Part shown: one piece after another, positions 31,015-39,505 of the stretch
Layout: each line of letters starts with the position of its first letter
How positions within the stretch are numbered: position 1 is the stretch's first letter
IMG/VR virus record: IMGVR_UViG_2847060657_000007
Coordinates: 20,959 to 84,958 of that record
DNA: 64,000 bases
Direction: 5' to 3' (one strand)
Origin: a virus
Taxonomy: Duplodnaviria; Caudoviricetes
Program-made: the position numbers and the translations under genes
Notes under the pieces: generated by a model
Seen by the model: only the letters and a program-made list of their open reading frames with translations
The model's database searches: none
What the model was told of the DNA's origin: nothing

Positions 31015-32874
31015 CTTGCATTATACCCACCAAACCCCAAAATAACACTTCAAACCTTCTTCGATTGTATCAAACTCTGACAAATGACTTCTAAGTCATC
31101 TCTTAATCGTTGCCCAAGTTTGCTCTATTGGGTTTAGCTTGGGTGAGTAAGGTGGTAGTGGTAAGATGATGTGTTTGTATGGTATGTTATTGATAAGCTC
31201 TTGCAAGTGTTTCATTCTGTGAAATCTTGCATTGTCTAAGATGATGATACAAGGCTTGCCTGTTTGTTTGGTGTGATTGTTAAGACAAGGCAGTAGCATT
31301 TGTTCAAACCACGTTTCAAACAAAGCACTTGTCATTGTATTGTTGTAGATGAGTGGAGCAATCAGGTTTTTGGCTTTGCCCCCTATTTGTCCTGCCACTA
31401 AGGAGACTCGTTGATAGCGTCTGCCACTGACTTTATCATAGGCTCTTTGACCTTTTAGGCTTCTTGCATGAGTACGGTGCAAGTAAGTATCAATGCCTGT
31501 CTCATCTATATAGACAAGCTCGTAACCTTGTTTGGACGTAGCTTGTAGTTGTGTTAATTTGTCTTGGAAGTCTTTGACTTTGTTTGGGTCTTGCTCTTTG
31601 TGGGTTGTGGTCTTTTTTTAAGAGTAATGTTCATTGCTTTGAGTGCTTTATGGATTGCCATATCACTACACCCAAATACTTCACCAATTTCACGTAGGTA
31701 TTTGTCAGGATTTGCTTCTACCTAAGCAAGAAGCTCTTTTCTGTCAAACTTTCTGGGTCTGTTGGTGGGTTTTTTACAAGACAAATTGCCTGTTTCTTTA
31801 AGTTGTCGTCTCCAACGAAACACGGTGTGTCTTGATACACCAAAAGCTTCTATAACAAGGTCAATGTTCTTGCATTTGTCATCATAAGCCAAGGCTTTTT
31901 GTCTGATTTCTAGTGAATAAGCCATATAAGTAGTGATTGGTGAATGGTGATGGAGATATGGGGATAATTGGTGTTGTTTTAAGGTTTGTTGGTTATACAA
32001 CCCAACCGCAACACCAAATAACATAAAGAAGCGTTCATCAATTTAATGTATTATTAAGTCACCACACAAAATAAAGCATTAAAGAGCATGAACACTTCTT
32101 ACAAACATCTTAGCATAGATGAGCGTGAAAAGATAATGGTTTTGTTATCTTTGGGTAAATCTATGGGTATAATTGCCAAACAATTAAACAGAGCCAAGTC
32201 CACCATTTGCCGTGAAATCAAGAGAAATGGCGGTGTTGACAATTATTTGGCAATCAAAGCAACTTGTCTTTACCAAACAAGAAGACAAGCCTGTCGCCCG
32301 AGCTTAAAGCTCACCAATCCGTATGTATTTAACTTGGTACAAGACAAGCTATTTAACCATCAATGGTCGCCTGAGCAAATACAGCATCGCTTAGCCCTTG
32401 AAGGTAGCCAAATAACGGTGAGTTATGCAATCATCTATCGGGGTTTGTATCAAGGCTTGTTTTGTTACTTTGGTAGATAGATGTAGTCGTTTTTTAATTT
32501 GCACAACCGTCAAAGCCAAAAAAGCAACCTTGGTCAGTCAAGCCATCATCAATGCCTTAGTGAATCAGCCTGTGCATACAATCACACCAGATAGAGGGAA
32601 AGAATTTGCCAAACATCGAAAAATAACAGACCACTTAAAAGCAACCATCCACTTTCCACCACCAAGACAGCCTTGGCAAAGAGGAAGCAATGAAAACACC
32701 AATGGGTTATTAACAGAATATTTCCCCAAAGGGTCTGATATTAACCAGTGGGACAATCAATACATACAAACAAAGGTCGCCAAACTCAATCTGCGACCTA
32801 GAAAATGTTTAAATTGGCGAACACCTTATGAGGTCTATTATCAAAAGGTGTTGCAGTTAGTTTGATGATTCAAG
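31015..32874 (+). mobile_element. Second IS30-family element: internal deletion, IS630 inserted in its left IR
   Basis: ORF pieces 32088-32480 and 32425-32865 lack the central segment; right IR ends ...GATGATTCAAG; left IR reconstitutes as CTTGCAT-TA-CAACCCAACCGCAACA. Confidence 0.8.
31022..31997 (-). mobile_element. IS630-family element, pseudogenised
   Basis: MAYSLEIRQKAL start; IILDNARFH and LPPYSPKLNPIE; premature stops; IRs TATACCCACCAAACC / TATAACCAACAAACC with TA at both ends. Confidence 0.85.
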
Positions 32875-32895
32875 GGTTAAATTGGGTACGGATTT

Positions 32896-32923
32896 GTACG
32901 AGCGAATTGCAATTCGCCCGTAC
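32896..32923. repeat. REP-like palindrome
   Basis: GTACGAGCGAATTGCAATTCGCCCGTAC. Confidence 0.55.
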
Positions 32924-33308
32924 GGTTTAATGGTAAATCCCATATCGTTTTGAAGTTTATAAATTATAACTTTTCGCCAATGGAATTTTATTAAAACAAC
33001 TTAAATGTTTAATGCAATCTTATCAATTTTATTTACCCAAAAATCCTTATTTTGATTTTGAGCACAAAATAAACCCCACCACAATAAATTAACCACACTC
33101 TCTGCAATAAATGGGATAATTCGAAATGATAAGGTATGATGTGGGATAGGGTATTTGAAAGAGCGTTACACTAGGTGAAACAAATTGACAGGTCAAAAAC
33201 TTTTTTGAGATGAGAAAAGGTGGGTGTCATCATTCGCCTTATATACCTTCCTTATTTTAGCACATAAGGCAGTATAAATACTATGGGGTTTTATTTAAGG
33301 AAAATAAA

Positions 33309-34217
33309 TCAATCCAAAATCTCTAAACATGCCAAGCCTTCCAGCATAAAGTTAATATACTTTTTGGTTTGGTTGAGTGCTGGCTTATGAGCCATAATAA
33401 AGACTTGATGTGGTTTTTTACTAACCAACTTTCTGATATTTTCTATGCTAAACCTGGTTAGTTCTGTCCTTTCAATCAATTCCTTTGAAATAAATATTGT
33501 TGGTCTTATGGCACATCCAGCACTTTCTTTGAGACTTAACAAATCCTTATCACTCAATGTATCGGCAAATCTAATAAGAAAATCGCCACTGTTTATCTCG
33601 TTTATCCAAGCCTTGCCATAATAAATACGCCAGCAATCATCTTCAAGCTCTGATAAATCTTGCCCTGCTATTTCAATAAAAATGTCTTGTAAACCCTTTC
33701 TTTCTTGAAAGGGTATTGGCAAGGTCAAAAGATAGTTCTCTTGATTTAAAAAAGCAGACACAATAACAGACAGTCTTTGTCTGCTATTTACTTTTCTTTT
33801 GTGGGTGTTATTATTCTGTTTTGGGCTGTGTCTTTTGATTGATTGCAAAGAGTTACGGTCTAAGTCATCATCGTACTGCTTTTTTGGTGCTGGTTCTGTT
33901 AGGTCAAATAGGATTTCACCACTTTGCACATTTTGATAATGACTGTCATTATCTGATTGGTTACGGGTAATCTTGGCAAGGTTTTCTTGTCTGCCTAACT
34001 TGCAATCAATCTTGTGATTTTCTACTGAGCGAAAGTGTGGCTCTACTTTGCGTTCGTTTTTAGGTTTGGATAGATTGACACAAGTTACCGCTATGCCACA
34101 CAAAGGGCAAGTAAAATTCTTTTGGCTTGCAATCTTGCCAGCCTGATACGCAATATCAGCGTCTTTGGGATTGATGACTTTTTGTAAATCCAATGAGTAG
34201 GCGTTAGGTAAGGTCAT
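33309..34217 (-). CDS. Hypothetical protein with N-terminal CoiA-like zinc finger
   Basis: 302-aa ORF; FTCPLCG...PHF...H...C pattern. Confidence 0.6.
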   Translation of the reverse strand: MTLPNAYSLDLQKVINPKDADIAYQAGKIASQKNFTCPLCGIAVTCVNLSKPKNERKVEPHFRSVENHKIDCKLGRQENLAKITRNQSDNDSHYQNVQSGEILFDLTEPAPKKQYDDDLDRNSLQSIKRHSPKQNNNTHKRKVNSRQRLSVIVSAFLNQENYLLTLPIPFQERKGLQDIFIEIAGQDLSELEDDCWRIYYGKAWINEINSGDFLIRFADTLSDKDLLSLKESAGCAIRPTIFISKELIERTELTRFSIENIRKLVSKKPHQVFIMAHKPALNQTKKYINFMLEGLACLEILD

Positions 34218-34303
34218 TGTAGTGCCTGGTGGTTGCTAATTTGAAATTTATCATAGCAATTTTTAAGAAATGGCACAAGATGGATAAAGTGGCAAAAGGT
34301 TTA

Positions 34304-35209
34304 AAAAGTGCCGATGTCGACACATTTGAAAATATTGGACAAAAGCGACGATGTCGTCGTTTTATCTCTGTTTTTGGATTAATTCAATAAGGTAATGCTG
34401 GCATTGCTTTTGACCATCGTTAGCTTTTAAATGTGCCACTGGCGGTACATTTAAGACTGGTAGCGGTTATCACTTCTATAAATTACCCGACGTCGGGTAA
34501 TTTAGAAAATGAAACAGTCTTTCAAATGTCCCGCTGGCGGGACATTTGAAACAGCGTTTTAAAAAAATCAGATAAGAACAATAATTACATAAAATGGACG
34601 CCAGCGTCCATTTTAAACATTTAAAATAGCGGTCAAAAATGGTCATAACCGCCTTCATTAGCATTGTTGAGAGTTGAACCAACATTCAATAAAAAAAGAG
34701 TATAATAAAGCTTGTCTTTTATGTTTGCAGACATCTGCGAAACAGTCATCAAAATTATCAACCAATAGCAAAAATCCCGACATCGGGATTTTTGGGTAAA
34801 AGTGACGCCAGCGTCATATTTGAAATGTTAGAAAAGTTCCGCCAGTGGGATTTTTATAAATCGGACGATGTCGTCCGTTTTGATAAAATGCTGAGCAAAA
34901 GCGACGCTGGCGTCGTTTTTATAAGTGGTTTGATTTTTGAAACGCTGTTTCAAAGGTAACGACATCGTTACCTTTGAAAGGCTATTTCATTTTGACGTTA
35001 GCCTCTTAAAATGCACGCTGTCGTGCATTTTGGACAATCTTTTAAATCGGAAAACGTTTTCCGATTTGCCAATAAAAAACCGCCCCAAAGCCTTAAACAT
35101 CAAGGCTTTGGGGCGGTAGCGAGAACGCTTAAATGAAACCAACCGTTGCACTTGTTGGCGGATGTATTATAGCCCAAAATGGGGAAAAGCGAAAACGGTT
35201 TTCGCTTTT
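34304..35209. repeat. Array of ~17 fixed-geometry 24-bp palindromes (AAA-N5-CGMYRKCG-N5'-TTT)
   Basis: Units at 34304, 34341, 34388, 34429, 34480, 34524, 34591, 34721, 34770, 34798, 34832, 34858, 34897, 34952, 35008, 35044, 35185; arms differ but stay self-complementary; no long ORF. Confidence 0.92.
35074..35117 (-). terminator. Intrinsic terminator (16-bp stem)
   Basis: AAAAA-ACCGCCCCAAAGCCTT-loop-AAGGCTTTGGGGCGGT; U-tract on the minus strand. Confidence 0.75.
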
Positions 35210-35265
35210 AGACGGTGATTTTTTAAACCTGTTTGAGAAAATTTGAATCAAAAAGTAAAAAATGC

Positions 35266-35294
35266 TTGACAATGTCCCATAAAATTAGCATAAT
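35266..35294 (+). promoter_or_regulatory. sigma70 promoter
   Basis: TTGACA-17 bp-CATAAT. Confidence 0.75.
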
Positions 35295-35451
35295 GATTGT
35301 GTTACTGCAAAATCAGTAGCCAGCCGTGAGAAGCTGAGTATTAACAACAGGCTAGCAAGCCGTATTTGTCATTATCGCAGTCTACAATGATTGCTTTATG
35401 TAATGATAAGCGGTTTTTTGTTTGCACCCCTTTTATACCTTTTCTTTTTAT

Positions 35452-35530
35452 GGTGGATAAGGGGCAAGGCGGGCTTATGCTCGGCTGGTGTCTGTTGTGC
35501 CAGTTTCTCACCCTTGTCCTTTATCCATCG
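35452..35530 (+). ncRNA. C4/CI-like phage antisense RNA
   Basis: 18-bp closing stem GGTGGATAAGGGGCAAGG/CCTTGTCCTTTATCCATC with two internal hairpins; TTCTCAC is complementary to the upstream hairpin loop CAGC-CGTGAGAA-GCTG (35321-35336). Confidence 0.7.
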
Positions 35531-35588
35531 CCCTATACGTGAGAAATATAGAGCGGTATTTTACGATACAACAGAAAAGGTAATCCCT

Positions 35589-35861
35589 ATGACCACTTCC
35601 AATCATTCCCATTCTGGCAATCCTAATTTTAATAGCACCAGTCAACACCCCATCAGACCAAAGCCAAGCTGTGTTTGGCAAAATGGGCAATGGCTACTTA
35701 ACGACGAAGCCTACAATCACCTTTTGAATGTGCGTGATACTTTGCTTGCATTTAGTAGCTATGCTCGTATCAATAACGATAAATGCAGTGATGCCCTATT
35801 AAACACTTTGGGTATGCTATCGGACATGATGACCAGCACCCTAGAAGCCCAAGAGTCCTAG
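35589..35861 (+). CDS. Small Icd/Ash-like protein downstream of the C4-like RNA
   Basis: ATG 35589 after GAAAAGG; position is typical of c4-icd/ash operons; no sequence motif recognised. Confidence 0.45.
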   Translation: MTTSNHSHSGNPNFNSTSQHPIRPKPSCVWQNGQWLLNDEAYNHLLNVRDTLLAFSSYARINNDKCSDALLNTLGMLSDMMTSTLEAQES

Positions 35862-35886
35862 TCAATATCGTTGCAATCCTTTGATT

Positions 35887-35918
35887 AAAACCGCCTAAAA
35901 ATACTTTTGGGCGGTTTT
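35887..35918 (+). terminator. Intrinsic terminator
   Basis: AAAACCGCCTAAAA...TTTTGGGCGGTTTT. Confidence 0.65.
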
Positions 35919-36057
35919 TGTTTTTAAAGTATTTTCTTAAAACGTTTTCATGGAGAGTTTGTCGCCTGTTTTTGTAAAATGTTTTTAAAAATTTGGCAAG
36001 CCTTTTAGGTCTGCTTGATTTTTTTGTTATTTTATTTATCACTTTTTAAGGTGTTTT

Positions 36058-36405
36058 ATGAGCAAAATCAATGCACAAGATGAACAGCAGTACGAAATGG
36101 TGATGGCAATCTCAGAATTTTTAAAAAATGAGAAGCTAGTCGCCAATGATTGTGATGGTGTGGCAATGCGATTGTATGAATGCCTGCAAAAGGTTTTTGG
36201 TGGTTGCAACATCTATTTTAAAAAAGGTGTTGTTGGGCAGGCGGACGAAGAAGGTCGGCAAATGCTGATAGACCAAGACAGAGGGCTTAGTATTCATCAA
36301 ATTGCCCAAAAATATCAAAAGACCTGTCAATCCGTCTATAAAAAACTCTCAAAGGCACGAGCAGAAAGACGCAAGCAAAATAATGAAAACTTTGGAGCTT
36401 TATAA
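36058..36405 (+). CDS. Mor/C-family transcription activator
   Basis: VFGGCNIYF and C-terminal HTH GLSIHQIAQKYQKTCQSVYKKL. Confidence 0.75.
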   Translation: MSKINAQDEQQYEMVMAISEFLKNEKLVANDCDGVAMRLYECLQKVFGGCNIYFKKGVVGQADEEGRQMLIDQDRGLSIHQIAQKYQKTCQSVYKKLSKARAERRKQNNENFGAL

Positions 36406-36416
36406 GGTGGCAAACA

Positions 36417-37127
36417 ATGAATAACTTAGAAGTAAAACGCTTTCAAATTTCAAGAACGGGCGTGCATACAGACAGTAACGGCAATGAACATACTTTTTCT
36501 GATACGCTATTTAATAAACTGGTAACACGATTTAATCAACTGGCAAATCATGGTAATCAACAAACACCCTTATATCTTGAACATCCCCAAAGCAAAGCTG
36601 ATAATGACCCAACACGCCATCAAAGCTATGGTTATGTGTCTAGCCTTGAATTGGATAATGGGCGATTGTATGCGGTGGCGTGGGTTAATCGTGAGCTTAT
36701 CAATTTGGTAAAAAGTGGGCAATATAAGGCGGTATCAGCTGGCTTTATGAAAGTGGGTGATGATTTGTGGCTAGACCATGTCGCTTTTGTCAAAAGACCT
36801 GCGGTAAAAGGCATGGAAGTGCTTAGTTTTTCAGAGCATTCTTTTGTGCAAAACTGTGTAACAGCATTGGTAAATACCCATAATTTTAATGCTGGCAATA
36901 CCATTCATGAAAATGCTTTGTCGTGGATGAATGCTTTTAATACTGATTATGAAACAGCAGTTATTTCGGTGATGCGTGAGCAAGCAAATACTGCTAATTT
37001 TTCAAAAAGAAACAGCAATAACCAATCCTATCAGTTGCACCAAAAAGCGTTAGCTTACCAAGCCCAATACGGCGTAAGTTATGAAGTGGCGGTGCGTGAA
37101 TGTTTAAAACAAGGGGCTACTCTATGA
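36417..37127 (+). CDS. Mu gpI-like prohead protease/scaffold homologue
   Basis: Aligns by eye with 53999-55150 (TG.HTDSNG, HP, SL..DNG.LYA, K.VSA.F, PA.KG.E). Confidence 0.75.
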   Translation: MNNLEVKRFQISRTGVHTDSNGNEHTFSDTLFNKLVTRFNQLANHGNQQTPLYLEHPQSKADNDPTRHQSYGYVSSLELDNGRLYAVAWVNRELINLVKSGQYKAVSAGFMKVGDDLWLDHVAFVKRPAVKGMEVLSFSEHSFVQNCVTALVNTHNFNAGNTIHENALSWMNAFNTDYETAVISVMREQANTANFSKRNSNNQSYQLHQKALAYQAQYGVSYEVAVRECLKQGATL

Positions 37128-37753
37128 GCAAATCAACCATTAAAAATGATATTGCTAAAATTAAAAACGAAATTCAAAAATGGCACGATGAATTAAAGCA
37201 GTTGAATCAAGAAAAATCAAGCTATGAAATGCAAATCAAAGAACTTGAAATGATGCCTGTAAACCGTGCGGATTTTGGTGTATTGCTGAAAGAATCTATT
37301 GCACAAGAAGCAAATAACTACACCAAAAACATTGCTCAAAGCCTATTGCAACCTGAATTTTCTGATAAAGAAATGCAAGAAAAGCACAATGGATTTAAGG
37401 CAATGAATGAAAGAAGTCTTAAAGACTTTGAGTGGTGCAAGAATAATCAAAGATTTGAATGGTTGTTTAATGCTTTTCGTAGCCATAAAAACATAATCAC
37501 ACCAAGCAATAGCACAGAAACAAGGCAAATGTTATGTTGGTTAATACCTGATGTGGTGTATGAAAAAACCATGCACATTATCAATACCGAAATAGGCGAC
37601 GAATGGGGGAATGATGATTTACCAAGCATTAGTGAAAGATATGAACTAATTTTATCATTAAAGGAGAAAATTAGTTCATGCCAAAATCGGATTGATGAAT
37701 TACAAGGGGTTATTGATGAGATGAGTTCAATAACAATTAAGCCTGAAATTTAA
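37124..37753 (+). CDS. Hypothetical coiled-coil protein
   Basis: ATGA overlap with the upstream gene; heptad-rich N- and C-termini. Confidence 0.65.
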   Translation: MSKSTIKNDIAKIKNEIQKWHDELKQLNQEKSSYEMQIKELEMMPVNRADFGVLLKESIAQEANNYTKNIAQSLLQPEFSDKEMQEKHNGFKAMNERSLKDFEWCKNNQRFEWLFNAFRSHKNIITPSNSTETRQMLCWLIPDVVYEKTMHIINTEIGDEWGNDDLPSISERYELILSLKEKISSCQNRIDELQGVIDEMSSITIKPEI

Positions 37754-37756
37754 GTG

Positions 37757-37796
37757 AAAAAAACACCTTTAATGTAAAAAATTAAAGGTGTTTTTT
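37757..37796. terminator. Bidirectional terminator
   Basis: AAAAAAACACCTTTAAT-loop-ATTAAAGGTGTTTTTT between convergent genes. Confidence 0.8.
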
Positions 37797-37880
37797 GTTT
37801 TGTGTCATAAATAAATTGAAATGCCTTTACACCAAGTGAAAGAAAAATTTTGTTTGTTTTATTGCAAACATTTGATAGTT

Positions 37881-39461
37881 TTATCGTGTTGCGTAACAAC
37901 AAAACGCTTCAATGACCTTAAAGACATTATCGCCAAATCCACCAACATTTAACACATCATTGCCATTTTTGGCTTGGGAAGAGGTATAAGGCTGTAAATC
38001 CACGCATATTAGCTTGGCATTAGGGCAACGCTTTTTTAAAATTCGCCATTCTTTCATCATTTGTGTGCCACGCCCAGACTGCTCGTCCGCCCACGATTCA
38101 TTGTCCGAAAAATAAATCATCACATCAATCTTTGCTTTTTGGCGATTTAATTCGGCAAGCGGTAAGGCGGTGTGTGTTCCGCCCCCGCCAAACTTGGCAA
38201 GCCGTTCGGCTAAGGCAAGCACATCAACGGCAGGCGGTGTTTGGGCGGTGTCCGCTTTGCCAAAGGCGGATTTTAGGCGTACACTAAAAGGTTTTTTGCC
38301 TGTGATTTGACTAATATTATCATTAAAATCAATCACTTGGTGCAAACGGGTATCAAAGGGCATAATCATCGCTGTGGGGTTGGCAACCTTCATCGCAGAC
38401 GCAAACAAACTTGCCACATCAATGCACCGCACCTGCGATGTCGCCCCACGCCGATAGCCCATTACGGGCGAGTGCATAGAGCCTGACACATCTACGCCGA
38501 TGGCGATTTGCCCGTCAAGGCGTGGCACATTGGCAAGGGCGTGGCTCATCGCCGTTTTTAGGGCGTTTTTGATGACGGCAGGAACATCATCGCCCAGAGC
38601 CTGCCAAGTGGCGTAAAGCTGATAGGGAAAGGCACGGGCGTGTTTGACCGCCTGCTCGTCCGCTAATTTATCCGCCAGCATTTGCGCCATACCGTCCACG
38701 CCAAACACGCCGTGACGGACAAAGGTGTTTAAATTCATTCGCACCATTTGCCACGAGCCTTGTTTGGCAAGGCCTGCCCAATGCTCCGTTGTCAAATCAA
38801 GCGACATCAGCCACTCAATGGGCAAGTCGGGCAAGGGCTGTTGGTTGTCCTTTTGAAAGTCAAGGAGCGAGCGAGCAAGGGGCGGTAAGTGATTGTAATT
38901 AAAGTCTTTTTGCAACGCCCATTTGATAAGGGCTTCGCTCTTGTCATCAAAAGGTTTTGGGTGGCTTAGGCGAATGACATCTCTTAGGGTGGGTTTATTG
39001 CCGATATTGGCGTTAATAAATTGTCTGTCGCTAGCGGTAAGTAACCACTCATTCACCAAATTTTTGGCAAAATTACCCAAACTTTTACGCCCAACCGCCC
39101 CGCCCCGCATTACCTGAACAAAGTTTCTAAGCTGTTTGCCATTATTGACAATGTCCTTAAAAATGGCTTTGGCAAAGGGCTGACCGTCCGCCTTAACGCA
39201 CAAAATCGCCAAAAGCACAACGGGCGTGTCTTTCATCAAGGCGTGCTGACGGGCGTATAGGGCAAGTTTTGCCAAAAATGCGTTGTCAATTTTGTGTGCC
39301 AAATCAATGACTTCGCCAATCTGCTCGCCCCCTGTGACATAAAAAGTCTGGTTAAAAGTCCCCGTACACACAAGCTGAGCAAGGGCTTGTTTGGGGCTTA
39401 ACTCGTACGCCTTGCCCCCTTGGTGGTTGGTGGTTTGGGGGTTAAAAATGTTGGTGTTCAT
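37881..39461 (-). CDS. rsr: Ro60/TROVE-vWA RNA-binding protein
   Basis: LAQL.CTGTFNQTFY, YARQ...MKDTP, RNFVQVMR.G.VGRKSLG, DVSGSM, SDNESW; GGAG RBS before ATG 39461. Confidence 0.9.
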   Translation of the reverse strand: MNTNIFNPQTTNHQGGKAYELSPKQALAQLVCTGTFNQTFYVTGGEQIGEVIDLAHKIDNAFLAKLALYARQHALMKDTPVVLLAILCVKADGQPFAKAIFKDIVNNGKQLRNFVQVMRGGAVGRKSLGNFAKNLVNEWLLTASDRQFINANIGNKPTLRDVIRLSHPKPFDDKSEALIKWALQKDFNYNHLPPLARSLLDFQKDNQQPLPDLPIEWLMSLDLTTEHWAGLAKQGSWQMVRMNLNTFVRHGVFGVDGMAQMLADKLADEQAVKHARAFPYQLYATWQALGDDVPAVIKNALKTAMSHALANVPRLDGQIAIGVDVSGSMHSPVMGYRRGATSQVRCIDVASLFASAMKVANPTAMIMPFDTRLHQVIDFNDNISQITGKKPFSVRLKSAFGKADTAQTPPAVDVLALAERLAKFGGGGTHTALPLAELNRQKAKIDVMIYFSDNESWADEQSGRGTQMMKEWRILKKRCPNAKLICVDLQPYTSSQAKNGNDVLNVGGFGDNVFKVIEAFCCYATR

Positions 39462-39505
39462 AACCAATCTCCATTTATGAAGTTATACAAAAAGATAGAA
39501 AAATT

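Noticed and set aside
31015-31048. Annotated start of ORF 30563-31048
   Set aside because: The first codons come from IS630/IS30 ends; the gene is a 5'-truncated fragment.
34271-34287. TGGCACAAGATGGATAA, nearly identical to the rsr sigma54 promoter
   Set aside because: It lacks the TT, so -24/-12 spacing is wrong; treated as coincidence or a non-functional relic.
34304-35209. Palindrome array as a CRISPR array or integron attC cassette array
   Set aside because: Repeats are not constant, spacing is irregular, there are no cas or integrase genes, no GTTRRRY boxes and no cassette ORFs.
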